A DNA stretch of 64,000 nt from Octopus bimaculoides (lineage: Eukaryota), in NCBI RefSeq assembly GCF_001194135.2, contig NC_068985.1:1239458-1303457 (forward strand). Direction: 5' to 3'. The notes below the pieces were generated by a model, which saw only the letters and a program-made list of their open reading frames with translations, did not search any database and was not told where the DNA came from. Below are positions 13,059-26,368 of the stretch, one piece after another. How positions within the stretch are numbered: the stretch's first letter is position 1; each line of letters begins with the position of its first letter. The position numbers and the translations under genes were made by a program.

Positions 13059-13497
13059 GCCTTTGATTTGGATATTCTGCTATCACATCGTCCACTCTGC
13101 TCCATCTAGCTACTAATATGAAAACTACGAAGTCAGTGATGATGCCTCTACAGGGTTAATCTACCTGCTAGAAACAGCAGTAGCAAAGATTTCCACAGTA
13201 CCATATTCAAAACCACATACATAATGCCTATGAAACGAATAGAATGATCATAACTTGATCATAAGTCTACTCAAAAAGGCTTGACCTGGTGTTAAATAAC
13301 AACAGCTACTGACATCACTTCCTGCTGTTTTATGATAGAAGCTAAAAAACATGAGACCTGATAAGAATCATGACATTTAATCATAGAATCGTCAGCAAAA
13401 TGAATAATGTAATCTTAGCTACACGATGCCTGAAACCTAGCTCTGAACCAAGATCTACTGAATAGGGGCCGATCAGAATGCAACAATGACAACAACA

Positions 13498-13692
13498 GTC
13501 TTTCTGTTACTCATTTTAGTCATTCGACTGTGGCCATGCTGGGGCAGGGCTTTAGTCAAACAAATTGAACTGAGGACTTTTTATTTAAAGCCTGGTACTT
13601 AATCTATCAGTCTTTTGCTGATCCGCTAGGTAATGGGGGCATAAACAAACCAACACCAACGGTGGTGGTGGAGGGAACAAACACATATACAA

Positions 13693-13730
<38 letters not shown>
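13498..13730 (-). mobile_element. SINE family A, 3' half
   Basis: cattttagtcattcgactgtggccatgctgg...aaagcctggtacttaatctatcagtcttttgctgatccgct is the reverse complement of the family A body and tail. Confidence 0.8.
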
Positions 13731-13732
<2 letters not shown>

Positions 13733-13971
13733 GAACGTTGTAGTTTGCCTGAAGCATTGTAGTACAAAAGTAGAAAAGGAAAATATAGAAAGCTTCTAAC
13801 AATGCAGAAAATTTTACAAAAGCCTTTATATATCAGGTGCAAAGGCTCGTCCTCAGAAGAAAGCAATTCAAGATACGTCTAGTTACACCGATTTCGTTAT
13901 TTCATTTAAATTGCTTGGCGTTTGGGTTAGCAGCTGTGGCAGCAACTCTTCAACTGCTGGTGCAAGTGACT

Positions 13972-14439
13972 CTCCAACTAATCTGCATATCCTCTGACAA
14001 CTCACGGATGGAGATTCAATGATTTCCCCTCACAGCTGCATGCACATCTGTGATGTTTTTTCTCAATTCTGTTGCTTGCGGGTCTCCTGGAACATTCATC
14101 AATATCAACATTTTTTCGGCCATCTTAGAAACGTCTGAACCACTTGTACACTTGTGTGTGGCTCATACACTCCTCTCCATACACTTTCTGCAACTTTGTG
14201 TAGGCCTCTGAGCTGGTATCACCATGACAACTCTCTCTGTCTCGGTCGGTCAATGTGATGATCACATGCTACACACTTTCCTTTCAAGCACTGCTGTAAA
14301 CAGCAGAAATGAGTTAGAATGTTAAAACTTTGTGCACATGCACAACAAAGTTCAAAGTCAATCTTTGCTGAGCAGCTTCACTCTGCTTTAGCTTTGTTAC
14401 TATGACAACAGCTCAGATACTTATTGATCAGACCTCGTA
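13972..14439 (-). mobile_element. Mariner 5' fragment (second family)
   Basis: TIR TA-CGAGGTCTGATCAATAAGTATC at 14439. Decayed HTH region EAYTKLQKVYGEECMSHTQVYKWFRRF*DGRKNV...ISIRELSEDMQIS. Confidence 0.85.
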
Positions 14440-15054
14440 AATAATAGTGATCCGAGTGAGTTCAGAGTTCACAGCCGAGTGAAGTTCGTGTTAGTTCACA
14501 GTGAAGTCAGAAGGTGTTGGTTGATTAGTTCACAAGGAATATCGATTGTTGGTTCATAAAGAGATTTGTTAGGTCATTACATTGTTTTTACTGTTGTCTG
14601 GTTATCTGATTCCTTGTACGTAACAATCATGATACAACAAGCATATGAACATTGTTTTATAAGTTTGTGAAACAAACCGCTTTTCCTGTCGTCTAATCCT
14701 GAGTACTCACTCCCGAGAAAATAAGGATTCATTTTACAAGTACTCCAAAGAAGATTTTCATTTGATAATGTTGAAATTAAAACATGTTTTGAAAGGTGGA
14801 TCAGACAGATACCTTCACACTACATGCTTTGGACAAAATGCTTAATGGGATTTCTTCTGGCTTTATGGACTGAGCTGAAATTCTGCCAAGGTGGACTTTG
14901 CCACTCATCCTTTCAGGGCCGATAAAATAAAGTTCAGCACAAGGGACAATGTAAACGACGTGCCCCTTTGTTAAATTTCAGACTTGTACCTGTAATAGAA
15001 ATAAACAGAAAATAATAAAACCTTACTGACACATTTGGCATTAAAGTCAAATCA

Positions 15055-15350
15055 TCATCATCATCATCATCGTCATCATCATCAGCATCATCGTCGTCAT
15101 CATCATTGAACATCCAATCCATGCTGGTATGGTTTGGATGGTTTGACTGGAGTTGGCAAGCCAGAGAGCTGCACCAGGTTCCAGTCATCTGTTTTGGCAT
15201 GGTTTCTATGACTGGATGCCCTTCCTAACACCAACCACTTTACAGAGTGTCCTGGGTGCTTTCTGTGTGACACCAGCATGGGTGCTTCTTCCATGGTGCC
15301 AGCACGGGTGCTTTTTATGTGGCCCTGGCACAGGTGTTTTTATGTGACAC
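15055..15350 (-). mobile_element. RTE 3' tail copy
   Basis: (CAT)n then catccaatccatgctggtatgg...ctggatgcccttcctaacaccaacc. Confidence 0.85.
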
Positions 15351-16034
15351 CTGTACCAGCTGGTCAATATATATATAAGCAATGAAATACAATTGCCACC
15401 AGAGAAAGTGTTTCCACTGTTGGAACAATTACAATTGATTCATACTCCATGCTGCTTTGCCTTCAGTCGTCTGCCTACGTATTGCTATATTTCTGTTTAT
15501 GCAGAGCTGAGTAGAATATCCTCAAGAACAAGGATATCAACACTATAATGCATACAAACAACATCATCAACCCACAGCATGGTTAATGGCATAAAAAGAA
15601 GAAAAAAAAACCATCCTGCAACCTCTTTTGCTCTTCATTTAACCATACACTGCACACAAAAACAGCTGTAACATCAATTTCCTATCCAGCTCAAAAATCC
15701 GTGCCAGATTTCCTATCATCTCTAATAAATTCTAAAGAATCACAGCTGTCTCTTACACACTCCCTCTACCTCATCCACTTTCACTCATCAATCTAACACT
15801 TATCAGCTTTATTCCTCTCGTTCCTGTTTTCCCTTGTAATATCTCGCCAACTCTAATGTCAGTTTTAAAGCAATCAATAGCTATGTTGCTATTGTTTCCT
15901 CATAGATTTATTGACAATAGATTCTCCAACAGAACCATTCACATTTCTCTCCTTCTTTCTTTCTTTCTCCTTTCCCCCTCTTTCCTCTTAGTTCTCTTTC
16001 TCTCTTTCAATCACTTTATTTCTATCAGTCCGTT

Positions 16035-16330
16035 TGTTTGTCTTTCTGTCTCTCTCTCTCTATCTCTCTCTCTCTCTATCCATCTATCTATCTATCTGTT
16101 TGCCTGTCTGTCTGTCTGTATATCTATCTATCTATCTATCCATCTATCTATCCATCTATCTATTTATCTATCTATCTGTCCATTTATCCATCCATCCATC
16201 CATCTATCTATCTACTCTAGTTGTCTGTCTGTCTTTCTGTATACCTACCTACCTACCTACCTACCTACCCATCTACCTAACTACTTACTCTATTTGTCTA
16301 TTTAATTGTCTGTCTGTCTGTATGTATGTT
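16035..16330. repeat. Compound tetranucleotide array (TCTG/TCTA/TCCA/CCTA)
   Basis: Directly visible. Confidence 0.95.
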
Positions 16331-16611
16331 AATCATTATGGTGTTGTGTGCATATCAGTTTTGTTAAGAAGAAGAAGGTATTCAATGATACAGACTATTC
16401 TAATCACTCTGGTGGGTCCATTAGTTCTGGTGCTGTAGAGGAAAAAGTTCATCAGGTGGGATATATTAAGAAATGGACAGATAATAACAGAGATTATAAA
16501 ACATTGCAATCAGCCGACAGGATTTTGTGAAGAGGACAACAACCGTGGCTTTGGATGCAGTTTCAGACAGGCTGTAAATAGAAAGGATTACGTTGTCTTT
16601 GAATTTTTATT

Positions 16612-16785
16612 GGTTTCGAACTTTGGCACAAGGCCAGCAATTTTGGAGCTGGAGTTAAGTCGGTTTCATTGACCCCAGTGTCCAACTTGTACCTGCTTTA
16701 TTGACCCTGAAATGATGAGAGGCGTAGTTGACTTAGGTGGAATTTGAACTCAGAATCTAATGCTAAGCATTTTGTCTGGCGATGT
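16612..16785 (-). mobile_element. Family C SINE-like copy
   Basis: ttggcacaaggccagcaatttt...gaccccagtg...gtggaatttgaactcagaa...ctaagcattttgtctggc. Confidence 0.7.
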
Positions 16786-17559
16786 TTCTGAACAAATATT
16801 AAATGAGACAAAGTTTCATTCATTCGATCCCCATTTTTACTGTCTGTGGTGAATTCTGATAAACCTTGGGGAAAAAATAAAACACAAAGACCAAAGTTTA
16901 ATAAACATAGTTTCAGACTAAATAAATATATAAAAGAATAAAATAAAGGAAAATAAAAATAATCAAAATAAATAAATGAATACAAAGTAATATAAAGAAG
17001 ATAACTAAATAAAAGACACTGGTACAGTGTAGTAAGCAAACACATACACACACAAAGCACATATACTAAACACACAGACACAGACAGACAGACAGACACA
17101 TACACACACAGAAATACAGACACAAATGCATGTGCAGATAAGGCTACACACCACAGGAAGACAGAATGGACTAAAGAGAACAGGAGACACGTGGGATGGA
17201 GGGTCACTAAAGAGGTCACAGGATGTGATGAAAGATTTCAAAGGGACACTAAAATAAAATAATAATAATAATAATATTGCTAAAGTGAAGAACAAGTATA
17301 TGGTGCATATGGTTAAATGGCAAAAAATATGACCATCACCATGTATAACAACAAACATGAGTTCTTTCTTCAGAAAGAAAAAAGAAGCTAGTAGGAATTG
17401 TGAATGTATCAAAAAGAAAGGAAATTTATTATATGATCAGATAAAATATTAAAAGGGCAAAAAGGGAGAAAACAGTGATGGGCTGGAAAGTAGGATGGGG
17501 AAATGCTGCTCACCAAGAGAGTTGAGAAGAAAGCAAGGGTCAAGTGTGTGGTCTCAAAA

Positions 17560-18700
17560 TCATGTTTTCAGTTTTAGAAGTAGCACAGAAAGAGGTGGGG
17601 TGGAAGTCAGGGATTTTGTAAAACAGGGATTGTGATGGTGAGGGTTGCATTGTCATAAGAATCAGAAATGGATGATTTGAAAAGGAAGGCAGGGGTGGAA
17701 AGAACCAATGAAGACGATTGAGGAGTTTAGCTCTCCGTGGAAGAGAAAGATGGTGTTGATTCAGTGATCAAGGTAACAACTGTATAACCATGAAGGGGGT
17801 CCTGTTAAGTGGGATACGATGAGGGCTCATCATAATCAACAAATAATTTGGTATAGTTTGAGCCTGTTTTTGTGTCCATAGTGAGATGAATTTTTGTTGA
17901 ACAGAGTGGTATGGAGGCTGAGGAAATGCTGGAAAGGAAAGAGGTCCCTTTCTTAAGAGATTACAATGTACAAAGAAGTGAAAAGGGTCAAAGGTGGTTG
18001 GCACCAAAGGAAAGAAAAGAAGATGGTGAATAGTGTGGTTGGTATTTGAGTGGTGGTAGGGGAGATCGGCAACCCTGAGTGCAAGTGGAGTGACAAATAG
18101 TGACAAGAGATGAGCTGATACAAACAGAAACAATGTGGCAAACAGGGACTTAAACATATTGGGGACAAAATATATGGTGGAGGTGCAGGTTAGCAGATAA
18201 TGAGGTTGGAATCTCAGGGATGAAAGGGGGGAGGGGTAAGTTGGTGGAGCAGATACATTGTAGATTGTGGGGATGGGATCAGAGAACAAAGGATGTTGTG
18301 GAGCTGTGAACAAAGGATCAATCCTGTAGAAGCAAAAGCACACCACACAACTATGTGGGTCCTTTTACAGTGCTGACCAGTAGCAGAGTGAAGACAGTTT
18401 GGTCTGTGAAGACTTCTGAAAGCTGGTGTATTTCTTAATGATAGGCCTGGGCAAAAAAAGGTCCTGGGTTCGATGACACAGTTGTGCAGTGTAAAAACAG
18501 CAAAGGGACATGGAGAGGTTGGTAGAGGAGGTGAAGGAGGAAGAGGAGGATTGGGTGAAGTGGTTGGAAGTGAAATCGGTGGAGCAGATTGGGTGATTGC
18601 TGGGTGTGCAAGAGTGGTGGTGAAAGGTGTAGAAAGGACAGGGATGGAGGCAGTGGAGCAGGGAGGAGTATGAGTAAGATAAGCAAAGAGGAGGATGTGG
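17560..18700 (-). mobile_element. Penelope-like element RT relic (heavily decayed)
   Basis: MDTKTGSNYTKLFVDYDE (17826-17880) resembles PLE AMGTxxGPxYANLF. CYLDH (17764-17778) lies at the RYIDD position, followed by SFHP (17692-17706). Outer boundaries are approximate. Confidence 0.6.
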
Positions 18701-19374
18701 AGGAGGTGAAATATAGGAATGGAAGAAGAGATAGGAAAGGTGGGCACAGGTGGGTAGGCCACAGGAAATGGTTCTAAGTGTAAAAAATGTCAAAAAATAT
18801 ATAAAATAAAAAGAATAAGATAATATTTATTAAGTAGAATACATTTATAGTCCAAAGAGTAGAATTAATTATAATAAGCATGTAAGGAAATCTACTTTAG
18901 CAGAAATAACAGGTTAGATTAAATATATTGAAATGATAGGTTAGTATTATTAGTGTCTGAAACATGTTGTTAATGTATCAAGTCTATATAAGGAGAGAGG
19001 GAGGGAGGAGAAGTGGATGAAAGAGAGGGGAAAGGAGGAGGAGGAGGAGGAAGAGAAGAAGAGGAAAACAAGATTATGACAAAGGAACTAAGTAGGCATT
19101 AGGTATTTGGAGAACAGAGGAAATTGTTTAGTGTAAGGAGCAAAACAAAGAATTAAAAATATAAATTGAAACAAATAAAAAAAAAAAATAGGCAAAGAGG
19201 ATTGGCAGGTGAAGCTAAAGTATTATGGAAGATTAAGGTAACAAGATTAAGGTAGATTAAGATAACAAGATGGGTTAAAGACTGCTACTGGGGTCTGAGA
19301 AGGATGTGTACATAGAAAAAAAAATCTGTCAGAAGCTTAGTATATACACAACAACATCATGTGTGTTAAATACA

Positions 19375-19700
19375 TCATCATCATCATCATCATCATCATC
19401 TAACGTCCGTGTTCCATATTAGCATGGGTGGGATGGTACCACAAGAGCTGGCCAGGCCAAAGCCTGCACTAGACTTCTGTGACTGTTTTGGCAGGATTTT
19501 TACAGCTGGATGCTCTTCCTAACACCAACCACTCAGCAGAGTGGACTTAGTGCTTTTTATGTGGCACCAGCACAGGCGAGGTCAGTTTTGGCAGGATTTT
19601 TACAGCTAGATGCTCTTCCTAACACCAACCGCTTTACAATGTGGACTGGGTGCTTTTAAGTAGCACCTGCACTGACAGGGTTACCAAATACTTGCAAGAC
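19375..19700 (-). mobile_element. RTE-type 3' tail with 100-bp internal duplication
   Basis: gttttggcaggatttttacagct(g/a)gatgctcttcctaacaccaacc at 19485 and 19585. Confidence 0.8.
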
Positions 19701-21621
19701 AAAAAAACACTTTTAAGAGGAGAGGAGGCATTAGAGGAGGTGATGAGGAAAAGGTTATAGTGAGGCAGATACAGGTGTCTTGCTGTAGAGGAAGTACAAG
19801 GTTACCTGGCCAGAGAGAGAAAAGGAATGAAGACAGAAGCAGTTGTGCTACTGCAAAGAAAATACACGGTTGCCCATCCTGGAGGAAGTGCAGGAGGAGA
19901 AAGAGAAAGAGTGGGAGAGCACAGGATGTAAATGGTGGCAAAATGCCAGGCATGCTCACAAGGAACAGGGATCAGAGTATAAATGAGAAGGTTGAGTAAA
20001 GGAAGAGAGAGATATAGATAGTGACAAGTGCCAGGGTAAACCCTTGAGGTTCAAATGCCGTAATATAAGTGACAGGATATTGTGAAGGGAGTGTGATTAA
20101 AGAGTGCCAGTAAGTGGTGAAAGACCTGGATATATATAGAGTTGGTGGGGCTACCAGGTAGCAATAATATAGAGGAGCAGGCATGTGAGGACAGGATTGG
20201 GGAGTGAGAGCTTGGCATAGAGTGTGAAGGAGGAAATGCGAGAAAGAGAAGAGATATATCCGCCCTGTAGTAAGAAGTTTGCTCTCAACCACATTATTCT
20301 GGGTTCACTTTCACTGCTTGGCACCTTGAGCAAGTGTCTTCTGTTTTATACCTTTAGGCTGAGTGAAGTCTTGTGAGAGGAATTGGCAAAGAAAACTGAA
20401 AACAGATATAAATATAAAGTAATGCTTGTAGCCACTTCAATGTTGCTGTTCCATTTGAATAGACTTTACTGCAATTTTTTTAACCCCAAGAGGTCATTTC
20501 CTCTAGCTGGTTAATGATGCACAGCTGCATCCGATATATTGTGAGCAGGGGAACCAACCCCTACCACCTTCTAGTGACAGGACCAGCACACCAGCCTGGT
20601 TCCAGGCTATTTCTGCCTCCCTTCAGTACTGGACACCTTGTCTGTTAGAGATGGCAGTTACTCACCTCTGCTCACAATATATATAAATTCAAACAACACA
20701 AAGTCACTGATCTTACAACAAGTAAAAAGCAAGCAGCTGTGCATTGTTAACCAGCCACAGAAGAGATATGTCCTTTGGGAGTTAAAAAATCGTAGTAAAG
20801 TTCGTTTGAGCAGAACAGACATGTTGATGTGGCTACAAACATTACTTGCTAATACAACTACTGGTATCATCTCTCAAAGAGATTTTAGAACTAGCTTTTT
20901 AGCTTATATATGTGTGTTTGTGTGTGTGCGCGTGTGTATTTNNNNNNNNNNNNNNNNNNNNNNNNNNNNNNNNNNNNNNNNNNNNNNNNNNNNNNNNNNN
21001 NNNNNNNNNNNNNNNNNNNNNNNNNNNNNNNNNAACTAGCTTTTTAGCTTATATATGTGTGTTTGTGTGTGTGCGCGTGTGTATTTATATATGTGTTTGT
21101 ATATACATTTATATATATGTGTGTGTTTGTCTCCCACCTCTACTTGTGTATATGTCCCTGTAACTTTGTGGTTTGGCAAAAGAGACTGATAGAATGAGTA
21201 CCATGGTTAAAAAAAAAGTCAGTACTGGGGTTGATACATAAAACTAGAATTCTTCAAGTATAGAATTAGACTTGAATTCTTCAAAGATAAAACAAAATAA
21301 AGACTGGTTGGGTGAATAGTTTAAGAAAGTCTGGGGACTGGGTCTCGAGAAAGCAAAGATTCTATAAGTGTCACCAATTGTTGTCCAGTGTTTAGATTAA
21401 AGTCAGCAGAAGTTCTCGTTATTTTCAGGCTAAAGTCCTAGGATTGTAGTAGACGCAGGAGACTGTGAACTGATTCCTTGCATAGAAACGGTTTTGTTAC
21501 GTTTATTTTGTCTATTACTATACCATGCATTACTGCCCAAAGAGGATGGCATTGCATTGTCTTTGACAGAAATTGCAAAATCTCTTTTGGTCAGTGTAAG
21601 ACAATGTATTTATCTTAATAT

Positions 21622-21980
21622 CTTTTACTTGTTTCAGTCATTTGATTGTGGCCATGCTGGAGCCCTGCCTTGAAGAATTTTTTGCCAGTTGACCCCAGTG
21701 CTTAATTTTTTTAAAGCCTGGTACTTATTCTATAAGTCTCTTTTGCTGAACCGCTATTTACGAGAATATAAACAAACCAACACCGGTTGTCAAGCAGTTG
21801 TGGGGGACAAACAAAGACACACACCCACAGAGATATATAACTATATATATGACAGGCTTCTTTCAGTTTCCATCTACCTAATCTACTGACTATAGTAGAA
21901 GACACTTGCTCAAGGGACCACACAGTGGAACTGAACCAAGAAGCATGTGGCAGGGAAGTAAACTTCTTACCACACAACCT
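21622..21980 (-). mobile_element. SINE family A, near full length
   Basis: tcttttacttgtttcagtcatttgattgtggccatgctggagc ... gaagacacttgctcaagggaccacacagtggaactgaacc ... cttaccacaca. Confidence 0.85.
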
Positions 21981-22539
21981 TAGTCTTAACTATTAATTTC
22001 CATTTGAGAGTGACATTTACTTTTTCCATTCAGATTCCTACATATATAATCTAGTTGTTGTAGCTTAGTTTAAAAGGGGTTGGAGTTGAATAAACACACA
22101 CACATGTATGTATGTGTGTAAGTATGTATATATGTGTGTGTGTGTGTACTTATGTATGCGTACATTAATATATGTACAGGCATGAATGTGTGTATGTACA
22201 GAAAGGTGCTGGCATAGATGACATTGTACACATAGATCTTATTACAAATTAAGCTTCATAAATGTTTGGCATATTTTAACAGTCCCTTTGACAAGTTGTA
22301 GATGTAATCTTCAGATTAAATGTGTTCGTTTGGGGTTTTGTGGATTACATTTTCTCAAGACTAAACCCAAGGCAGTTAGTTACGCAGACAAGTGCTGCGC
22401 TAATTCTTAGTAGAAATTTAAAGTTAGTCAGAAAGGACAAACTACAGATTTCTCACCAGGTAAGCATAGATGGTCCTTTGTCATGAACCTTTAATATTCT
22501 GCGGATCTCATCTACTGGGTAACTGATATCAAAATCAAA

Positions 22540-23377
22540 AATCAAATCACAATCAAAAATGAAAATTGTAGTTGTGACCGACGCCAGTGCCGCCTGAATG
22601 GCTCTCATGCTGGTGGCACATAAAAAGCACCATCTGAATGTGGTCGATGCCAGCCCGCTGGTGTGCCATTTTGGGATGGCTATGGGCAGTTATGAATGAT
22701 GTGGGGGGGGGGGACATCATCAATGTTAATTCATAATGGATAACATTGAATTGCTACACTATATCATTATCTTCATATTTGTTGTCTAAACGACAGTTGA
22801 TTTGCTTACTTACAATTGGCATTTCTATCTTTGCTATTTCTTTTATCAGTGCTGTGGATTTGCTTTGGTTGCAAAATGGAAGAATTTGTGCAAAAATCAG
22901 TTGTGGCAGCATAAGACAATTTTATGGCATTTTTCATGGTGTTAAAAAAATTCTATAGTATCAATGCTTGGGAGACAAATGTTTTCTAATTCAGTGGAAG
23001 AAGAGCGCAGCTAATAAGTTAACTTGAGTGTACAGGATGGAACATGTGGCTATCCACAATGAATCACATTATAAACTGCTACATGTTTACTCAATATATT
23101 GCTGTTATGCAGACATACAGACACACACACACACATATCTTTTATCTTCACATAAAAAGCACTATCCAAACGTGATCGATGCCAGGCCCGCCTGACTGGC
23201 TCCTGTGCCAGTAACACCTAAAAAGCACCCACTACACTCTCAGAGTGGTAGGTATTAGGAAAGGCATCCAGCTGTAGAAATATTACCACATCAGATTGGA
23301 GCCTGGTGCAGCTGCTGGCTCTCCAGACCTCAGTCAAACCATCCAACCAATGCCAGCATGGAAAGTGGACGTTAAAC

Positions 23378-23437
<60 letters not shown>

Positions 23438-23548
23438 AAGACCCAACCAAAACAGACAGAGGAGTCTGGTGCAGGCTCCTGCCTGGCCAGCTCCTGTCAA
23501 ACCAGCCAACCCATACCAGCATGGAAGGAGGACGTTAAACAATGATAA
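22540..23548 (+). mobile_element. RTE 3' UTR pieces (22540-22670, 23140-23435 with long (GAT)n, second tail 23440-23548)
   Basis: Matches the UTR units and tails of the 40205-40828 and 49396-49956 copies; about 470 bp of unrelated sequence lies between the first two pieces. Confidence 0.75.
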
Positions 23549-23607
23549 TAATATATATTATATATATGTGTATACATATGTATATTATATACATAAAATG
23601 CAAGAAT

Positions 23608-23682
<75 letters not shown>

Positions 23683-24336
23683 AATGGAAAGCAAAACAAT
23701 GAATTGAACTATTATAACTTCAATTCAATTTAAATATTTTATACAAACAAATGACACATTTCATAAATAACAGCTGTTTCCGCTTCATTAATAAAACAAA
23801 GTTTTTCAAGAATAATCAAATCTGTTTAAATATGTAATGATGCTTCATGAGATCAACATATCTCCTTCAATATTTTATGAAGAATATCCAGTAAATTCTT
23901 TGGATATTTAATATCCCTTAAGTGATTTTTACACCTAGCTAAATTGTTATATATAGATATAAACGAAACGTGTATTGTAAGACACAAATAAGATGATAAT
24001 TTACTTTCGGATGCTGAAACACCATTAGAACAGTAGAAATATTAGCTAAATTATGCTTACAAAGTGGAAAAATTGGTCATCAGCCAACGGTCTCAAACTT
24101 ACATCCCTCAAAGACTCTAATTGAATGCTTTACCATTAAGTTAAGCAGCTCACTGAAAAATTAATCTTCAGATTTAGATGCTATAAAACTAAATATACAA
24201 CAGCATATTTCATTTCAAAGTTTCAGCTCAGAGCTGCGGCCATGCTGATGCACGTAAACAAACTTTTTATCTTGTTTGTAAAAGCGTCGAATGTGTATTG
24301 TATAGGCATGAAAGTAATATTTCGAATGCAGTATAG

Positions 24337-24394
24337 CCATAAAGATTAGGTATTACCCTTATACCATGAAAGATTAGGTATTATTACCCTTATA
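24337..24394. repeat. Local tandem duplication of about 27-31 bp
   Basis: ccataaagattaggtattacccttata followed by ccatgaaagattaggtattattacccttata. Confidence 0.85.
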
Positions 24395-24960
24395 AGACAG
24401 AAAAATGTTGTCAACAGACAGCCACCTGGTTGAATATTCTTGAGTATTCACTGCCTGAATATTTTTTTGAAATGTGAAATGGAAGTTTGAAAGAAGCACT
24501 TACCCTTACATCCTTCTGTTAAAAAAAACTTTGTAAACAACATGTGTGAAAATAGCTGCTCACACTTTCCATTCACTCTCGTGGTTCTCATGGTAATATT
24601 ATAATAAACGTCATAAACTCCGTACAATTGAAGTCATAAGATTGCATTGCTCTTTAAGTAATGTTCCAAAATTACTCTTTTAATTAATATTTTCACAGAC
24701 CACTGAGTGTGCATGTGGGTGTTCATTTTGCATGTGTCAATGCTTCTATATTTTTCGAAACGCCGGTGTTAAAACGGGGGTAGCTGATGAAGGAAAATGT
24801 TCTCTATGTGGCTTGTGTGTTTTCTGTATTCTGGTTATTATTATTTCTTGTCTACGTTTTGTTTGCAATGTCCTGTACCCAGATATGCACCTATATATAC
24901 AGGTAGACGTAGGTATGCACACACCTGTACGTATATATGCATATACTCATTTATTATTTG

Positions 24961-25008
<48 letters not shown>

Positions 25009-26312
25009 GGCACACACATATATACAGAATTTTATATTCATGTATACATATACACATATACTTACATACATATATTCACATATAAGCATGCACACACATA
25101 CACACATTAAAACACATGTCAATAAAACTCATAAATTAAACATTTTGAAAACCAAAGTTTTTTCCTGAATCAGAATGAAATTCAATGAGGTTTGTATTTG
25201 CATGAAGGATACTTAAGCACAAGCATACAAAGAACCTATGGACGGCCATTCCCCTTCAGATCTTTGATTTCAAAAAATATTCAGACAACGGATTTTCAAA
25301 CGGAAACCTGCTGATGATCAGAAATGAGTAACTTGATGTCATGAAAATTGGAGCCTTCAACTATAATGTATTAGAGAAGACTCTACATGTGTATTGAGTC
25401 TCATAATTTATTGCTTCTGGTGAACCAGTGAACCAGCAGAGATTGATATACATACATACATATATGGTGAAGCAAATATTTGCTGATCCCTTAATTATGT
25501 TTATAAATGTATATGAACTTTTAAATAAGTTCTCCACCGATAATGGTGCTTACATACCGAAGGGCTTGGTAAAAATTATTAATTGTTGATTTATTAATAA
25601 ATTAATAAATTGATAAACCTTTACCCTTTTAATTTGTAATAATTATATATATATATATGTATGGTGTATTATGGAAAGGAATCCTATAAAACTCAACAAA
25701 TTTGCTAAAACTAGAGAAGAGAAGATGTTAAAATGTAAGAGAATTTTAATTCGTGCAGAGATCGTCTTGAATAGTGATATTAGAATCACACAAATTCATG
25801 GTTGGATAAAAATAATTAGATTAATTTAATTTAATTAAATTAATTGTATATCACTGTTCTCTTCAGTGGAAGAAGTATAAACAGAAATTTTTTTTTACAA
25901 AGAGAGTGTACGGGATTCCTTTCCATAAATTCACATAACACAACATATGCAAGTATCACTTTCATATTCACAAACTGTTATGTCTCAAGCTACTGCTATC
26001 TAGTACCTTCGGATGATCTCTACTCAACCACTACTCAATGGCTATTCAACTATCAGCCCACTGTCAGTCCACTCCTACCACGGTCAGACTACCTCCATTT
26101 ATATGTCTTGGTCGAGCCTACTTCTTTGCTTGGGGGCGTTGATACAACAGAAACTTATACCAGTAAGCTAACAGCAAAATATGAAGAATCTATATTAGAA
26201 ATCGTTTTTGGAATCCTCCAAATTAAAGGACGAAATATAATCCAACCGTTTTATATATATAAATATACATAGGTATTTTTATAAATATATATATGTATGT
26301 GTGTGTGTGTGA

Positions 26313-26368
<56 letters not shown>

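Noticed and set aside
16348-16530. 60-aa ORF FVKKKKVFNDTDYSNHSGGSISSGAVEEKVHQ as an exon
   Set aside because: Weak donor (GTGGGA), no recognisable homology; chance-level.
18000-20290. Long purine-rich strand-asymmetric tracts (also 34220-34800, 42700-43250) as G-quadruplex/triplex elements
   Set aside because: More simply explained as antisense relics of C/T-rich retroelement ORFs; few regular G3 runs.
20658-20870. Minus-strand frames ending at GTGAGT donors (20659, 30828, 7115)
   Set aside because: This hexamer is expected about a dozen times per strand by chance here, and acceptors or peptides were unconvincing.
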